Notes under the pieces: model-generated
The model's database searches: none
What the model was told of the DNA's origin: nothing
What the model saw: the letters and a program-made list of their open reading frames with translations, nothing else
Source: Selaginella moellendorffii
Lineage: Eukaryota > Plantae > Lycopodiophyta
DNA length: 64,000 nt
Direction: 5' to 3'
NCBI RefSeq assembly: GCF_000143415.4
Contig: NW_003314310.1
Span: 1,234,611 to 1,298,610, forward strand
Position numbers and translations under genes: made by a program
Shown here: one piece after another, positions 59,476-64,000 of the stretch
Layout: every line of letters starts with the position of its first letter
How positions within the stretch are numbered: the stretch's first letter is position 1

Positions 59476-61402
59476 ATGGCGGCCATGGCGCTGCTCTGTG
59501 CGCTCCTTCATTCACTCTTCCTTCTCCTCCTAGCATTCGACGCCCAAGAGGATCCAGTGGGCCTGACCAGTTCTTGCCCCACGGCTCGTTTCGGCAGCTT
59601 GTGCACCAGTTTCGACCCAGCCAACCTCGAGGTCAATCCCGATGACATCCAGGACGCGGTGAGTGCTCCTCTCCTAGTTGCTTCGCCTTCATGTACGATA
59701 AATCAAACCAACAGATAGACAAGCTTGCAACCTTTTCGGATACACCAGCTCCGTCGGTCACCCGAATCCTCTACACAGACAATGATGTTGCAGCAAGAAG
59801 GTGCATGGATTCTTCGCGGTGTAATCAACTAACGACAGGGCCTGATTTCTCGCAGCTTCATTCGAGAACTTATGGAGTCAGCACAGCTTACTGTCCGTGA
59901 GGATGCTATTGGAAATATCTTTGGCCGCTGGTAAGCTTCATTTGTACTCACACTACATGCAAACGAGCAAAGCAGGCAAGGGAGCGAGCCATCCCAGGCT
60001 GTTGTTGCATCGGGTTCACACACGGATGCTATTCCTTACGCTGGGAAATATGACGGCGTCGTTGGTGTTGTAGGCGCTGTGGAAGCTATCAAAGCTCTGA
60101 GGAGGTGAGCATGGAAATCAAGCATGAGGTGCCCACTTTCTGCTGCCCTTGTTTCAGAGCGGGATTCCAGCCCAAGAGATCATTGGAAGCCATAATGTTC
60201 ACGTCCGAGGAGCCCACTCGCTTCGGACTGAGCTGCATTGGGAGGTGAGGGGCAACTGGTCCGTTGCATGTCGTGCTTATGCAACTTTGTCTGTCTTAAC
60301 AGCCGGGTGCTGGCGGGGGATCCCAGGGTGGCCGTCTCCCTAGCCAATGCTGTTGACGAGGACAATATAACCTTCACTCTAGCCGCAAATCGAGCTGGAT
60401 ATGATGAAGCCGGTGACAATCTGCAAAGTGTTGCCGTGGGAAACGAGACATATGCCGCTTTTGTAGAGCTGCACATTGAGCAAGGCCCCCTTCTCGAGGA
60501 GCAAGGTGATTCATCCCCCTCTTTGGATGCCTATGTTTGTGTTTCTCGGCAGGTGTATCCATCGGGATTGTCACCGCAATCGCTGGGCCTGCGAGCCTTG
60601 GTGTCGAGTTTGCAGGGGGTGGAGGTCATGCCGGGGCCGTACTGATGCATCTCAGGTTGGTTTCCTGATCCTGCATTCTGCTCAAAGGCTTGTGCATAAA
60701 ACATTTTTCCCGCCTGCTCGTCGACTACAGGAATGACGCAGGGCTTGCTGCCGCCGAGCTTGCTCTAGCTGTAGAGAGGCACGTCTTGGAATCTGGTTCC
60801 CAAGACACGGTTGGAACCACCGGTATGTGGGGATTCATATGCCAACTTTTGACAAAGTATTGCAGGTATGGTTAAGCTGTACCCAGGAGCGATCAATAGC
60901 ATCCCGCGGAATGCACAGCTTGGCATTGGTAATAACACGCCGCGCATCTAGTTTTTAACTTTGCTTGTGGTCAGACATAAGGGACATCGATGGAAGCCGA
61001 AGGGACGCCGTTGTGGAGAGGGTCCGGGCAACCGCGCACGAAATTGCGGCCAGGCGCGGTGTGGTGTTGCAAAACTTTACAGTCGTTAACCAGGACCCGC
61101 CAGCGCAGAGCACGGACTTTGTAATTGAAGCCGTGAAAGAAGCATCAGAGGAGCTGGGCTTGGGCCACAAAATGATGATCAGCAGAGCGTATCACGACTC
61201 TCTCTTCATGGCACGGTGTGTATATCCTTCTTCAAGACGCTGAGTTCTGGTGTGTTCTTTCAGGATCGCCCCTACCGCCATGATCTTCATTCCCTGTTAC
61301 CGGGGCTACAGCCACAGGCCCGACGAGCATGCCACACTGGAGGACATGGCGAATGGCGTCCGAGTGCTTGCGTTGGCGCTTTCCAAGCTCTCCTCAAACT
61401 GA
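59476..61402 (+). CDS. UAH: Ureidoglycolate amidohydrolase (M20 family)
   Basis: GSHTDAIPYAGKYDG, FTSEEPTRFG, ELHIEQGP, SRAYHDSLFMAR, MIFIPCYRGYSHRPDE. Confidence 0.92.
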
Positions 61403-61578
61403 CAAGCTCCTCTAGAATAAATTGAAAACATGAGAATGCCGCCTCTTCAACCTCGGTAGGGCTTTTGGTAGCAAGATAAAGATGATTCATCCTGGCCTGT
61501 GGAGCGAGAGCGAAGACGAAGAAGAGGTACCGGAATGAATGATCAGTGGGTGGGTTCTGAGATGACGGATGGGGGTTG

Positions 61579-62877
61579 ATGCAGTTGATGGCGGCGACGG
61601 CGAGGGAGCGTGAGGAGCGTCGGCAGCGAATGGCCGTGCTGCTGGGCTCCATGCTGGAGCTGGTGACCAAGATGGTAACGTGGGTGGTGAGCAGTCACAG
61701 GGAGGAGATGAGCGGCAGGGTGGCGGCGCTTTGGTGGCATGTACAGGCGCTGCAGGGCGTGGCGGTTGCGCAGCGGGGGGCCAAGCGCAGGCGGGTGGAG
61801 AAGGAGTGGTGGGTGAAGCCACGACTGCTCGAGTGTGACAAGTTTGTGGCGGGCAGGCTGGACGCCGACAGCTCGCGGCGGCTGTTCAACATGAGCCCGG
61901 GGACTTTCGAGTGGCTCTGCAGCGAGCTAGCACCGCTGGTACACAAGAGCGACACCAACTTCCGAAGCAGCATCCCGCCGCGCAAGAGGATCGCCATCGC
62001 CATTCACAGGCTGGCGGCGGGGTCGTCCTACGTGGAGGTGTCCAAGATGTTCGCGGTGGGCGAGGCGACGGTACTCACGTGCACGCGGGAGGTGTACGCG
62101 GCGCTGTCCACCGCCTTTGGCTCGGTGCTCGCCTTCCCCACGGATGCCGCGGCGCTGACAAGGGTGGCGCGCGGCTTTCACAACCTCATGGCCCTGCCAA
62201 ACTGCTGCGGCCTCCTCACGGTGCTCCACCTGCGGATCAGGCGCCCCTCGGGCCCCTGCGGCTCCAACTACCTGGACCACAACACCAACTTCAGCATCGC
62301 GGCACAGCTGGTGGTGGACGCGTCCATGCGCATCCTCAACATCGCCGTCGGCTTCCCGGGGGGCGTCCACCATGCCAAGATCCTCAAGCAGTCTGGGCTG
62401 TTTGCCAAGCTACGGGACGGCCTGCTGCTCACGGGAGGCTGCTGCGGCCTCATGGACTTGTCCCGAGCAACACCCGTCAGCGTTCCCCGGTACCTGGTGA
62501 GCAGCAACACCAGCTACCCGTTGCAGCCGTGGTTGATGCTGCCCTACCACCTCCACGAGGGGGACGAGACGAGGGGCGCAAAGGCCGAGTTCAACGACAG
62601 GCTCCTCCAGGCGGCGGCGGTGGGGGAGGACTTGTTCGGGGCGCTCACCAACTGGGGCGTGCTGGCCAAGGTTATGAACGTGGACGTCCACACGGCTGTG
62701 GAGCTGGTTGTGGCTTGCGCCATTCTCCACAACGTGCTGCTGGGCCGCCACGACTCCGACCACGGCTGCGACGACGACGACGTGCCGCTGGTGGAGGCGA
62801 GCACGGGCCAACACCACGACGGCGACGACGCGCAACACATCCGCGACGCCCTCGCTTGTCACTGCGTCTACTCCTAG
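61579..62877 (+). CDS. Harbinger-transposase-derived protein (ALP1/HARBI1-like), intronless, catalytic Asp residues altered
   Basis: [47 protein letters not shown]; no TIRs or Myb partner seen. Confidence 0.88.
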   Translation: MQLMAATAREREERRQRMAVLLGSMLELVTKMVTWVVSSHREEMSGRVAALWWHVQALQGVAVAQRGAKRRRVEKEWWVKPRLLECDKFVAGRLDADSSRRLFNMSPGTFEWLCSELAPLVHKSDTNFRSSIPPRKRIAIAIHRLAAGSSYVEVSKMFAVGEATVLTCTREVYAALSTAFGSVLAFPTDAAALTRVARGFHNLMALPNCCGLLTVLHLRIRRPSGPCGSNYLDHNTNFSIAAQLVVDASMRILNIAVGFPGGVHHAKILKQSGLFAKLRDGLLLTGGCCGLMDLSRATPVSVPRYLVSSNTSYPLQPWLMLPYHLHEGDETRGAKAEFNDRLLQAAAVGEDLFGALTNWGVLAKVMNVDVHTAVELVVACAILHNVLLGRHDSDHGCDDDDVPLVEASTGQHHDGDDAQHIRDALACHCVYS

Positions 62878-62912
62878 CTAGGGTTTTGTGCGAGAGCTTT
62901 AGGTTACGGAGG

Positions 62913-64000
62913 ATGATGGCGGGCAAAAGGAAGGAGCGGGAACAGCAAGAGGCTGGCGCGGCCGGTGGCGGCAAGAAGCCCAATGCCATGCTCGGGCGCA
63001 GCTGCGTCCACGAGGTGGCGGTGCCCACAGGCTTCATAGCGCAGCTGGATGAGGCGGTGCACGGTAGCATTGGAGAGCCGGTGTTTATGGGCGACAGGGC
63101 CAAGAGCTACCCGTTCGAGCTGGACCCGTTCCAGCAAATCTCCATCGCCTGCCTGGAGCGTAAAGAGTCGCTGCTGGTGTCGGCCCACACCTCGGCCGGT
63201 AAGACCGCGGTTGCCGAGTATGCCATCGCCATGGCCTTCAGGGACAAGCAGCGCGTCATATACACGTCGCCCCTCAAGGCCCTGAGCAACCAAAAGTACC
63301 GGGAGCTCAGCCACGAGTTCAGCGACGTCGGCCTCATGACGGGCGACGTGAGCTTGTCCCCCAACGCAACCTGCATTGTCATGACCACGGAGATCTTGCG
63401 CGGTATGCTCTACAGGGGCTCCGAGGTGCTCAGGGAGGTGGCGTGGGTTGTGTTTGACGAGATACACTACATGCGGGACAGGGAGCGCGGCGTCGTGTGG
63501 GAGGAAAGCATCATCCTCCTGCCACCCGCCATCAAGATGGTCTTCCTCTCCGCCACCATGTCCAACGCCACCGAGTTTGCGCAGTGGATCTGCCACCTGC
63601 ACAAGCAGCCGTGCCATGTTGTCTACACCGACTTCAGGCCCACTCCGCTCCAACATTATGCTTTCGCCATGGGCGGCTCCGGCCTCTACCTCATGGTGGA
63701 CGACAAGGGCCACTTTCGGGACGACAACTTCGCCAAGCTGCAGCAGTCATCCAGAAACGCTGGCCCGGACGATTCCCTCGCGCCTCCGGGGCGGAGGCGA
63801 GGAGGGGGAGGCAGGAGAGGTGGAGGACGAGGGGGTGCCAAGGCCTCTGCTGGAGTATCCACGGACATTTACAAGATAGTCAAGGTCTTGCATGAGCCTC
63901 TCCTCTTCTTCCCCCTAACATGACCTCTCTTTCCAGATGATTATGGAGCGTTCCATGCAGCCCGTCATTGTCTTCAGCTTCAGCCGCAGGGAGTGCGAGC
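62913..64000 (+). CDS. HEN2: Ski2-like DExH RNA helicase (HEN2/MTR4 family), 5' part
   Basis: [45 protein letters not shown]; intron near 63885-63937. Confidence 0.88.

Noticed and set aside
61911-63923. 670-aa ORF as an N-terminally extended helicase
   Set aside because: The first ~330 aa are an alternative frame of the GC-rich ALP1-like CDS; helicase homology starts at 62913.

Overview
Eukaryotic plant genomic DNA. The 45-60 nt GT-AG introns, very short intergenic spacers and plant-type genes suggest a compact early-diverging land plant such as Selaginella (inference). Bases 1 to ~44,400 are a deeply nested transposon block. It holds several Ty3/gypsy LTR elements with verifiable TSD/PBS/PPT, a solo LTR, a LARD-like element, a 5S-bearing Cassandra TRIM, and a 22.3-kb TIR-bounded DNA transposon (3916-26247). 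Bases ~46,600-64,000 are a very dense run of host genes: Tudor-SN, NCA1, mTERF, an RBM34-like RRM protein, UXS, RimP-like, a CCHC zinc-knuckle protein, UAH, a Harbinger-derived ALP1-like gene and HEN2. Two systems stand out. (1) The DNA transposon encodes a Sola-like transposase plus a divergently oriented multi-exon cargo gene (ParB-like domain, degenerate beta-class amino-methyltransferase-like fold, FCP1/NIF-like phosphatase). It also carries ~20 copies of a 22-bp palindrome, several placed inside introns, which suggests a protein-plus-cognate-site (parS-like or VANC-like) self-recognition system. (2) A chromovirus family has an integrase gene split by two conserved spliceosomal introns, so an active integrase needs splicing while the unspliced RNA is what gets propagated. 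All calls come from reading the sequence by eye; no searches were run.
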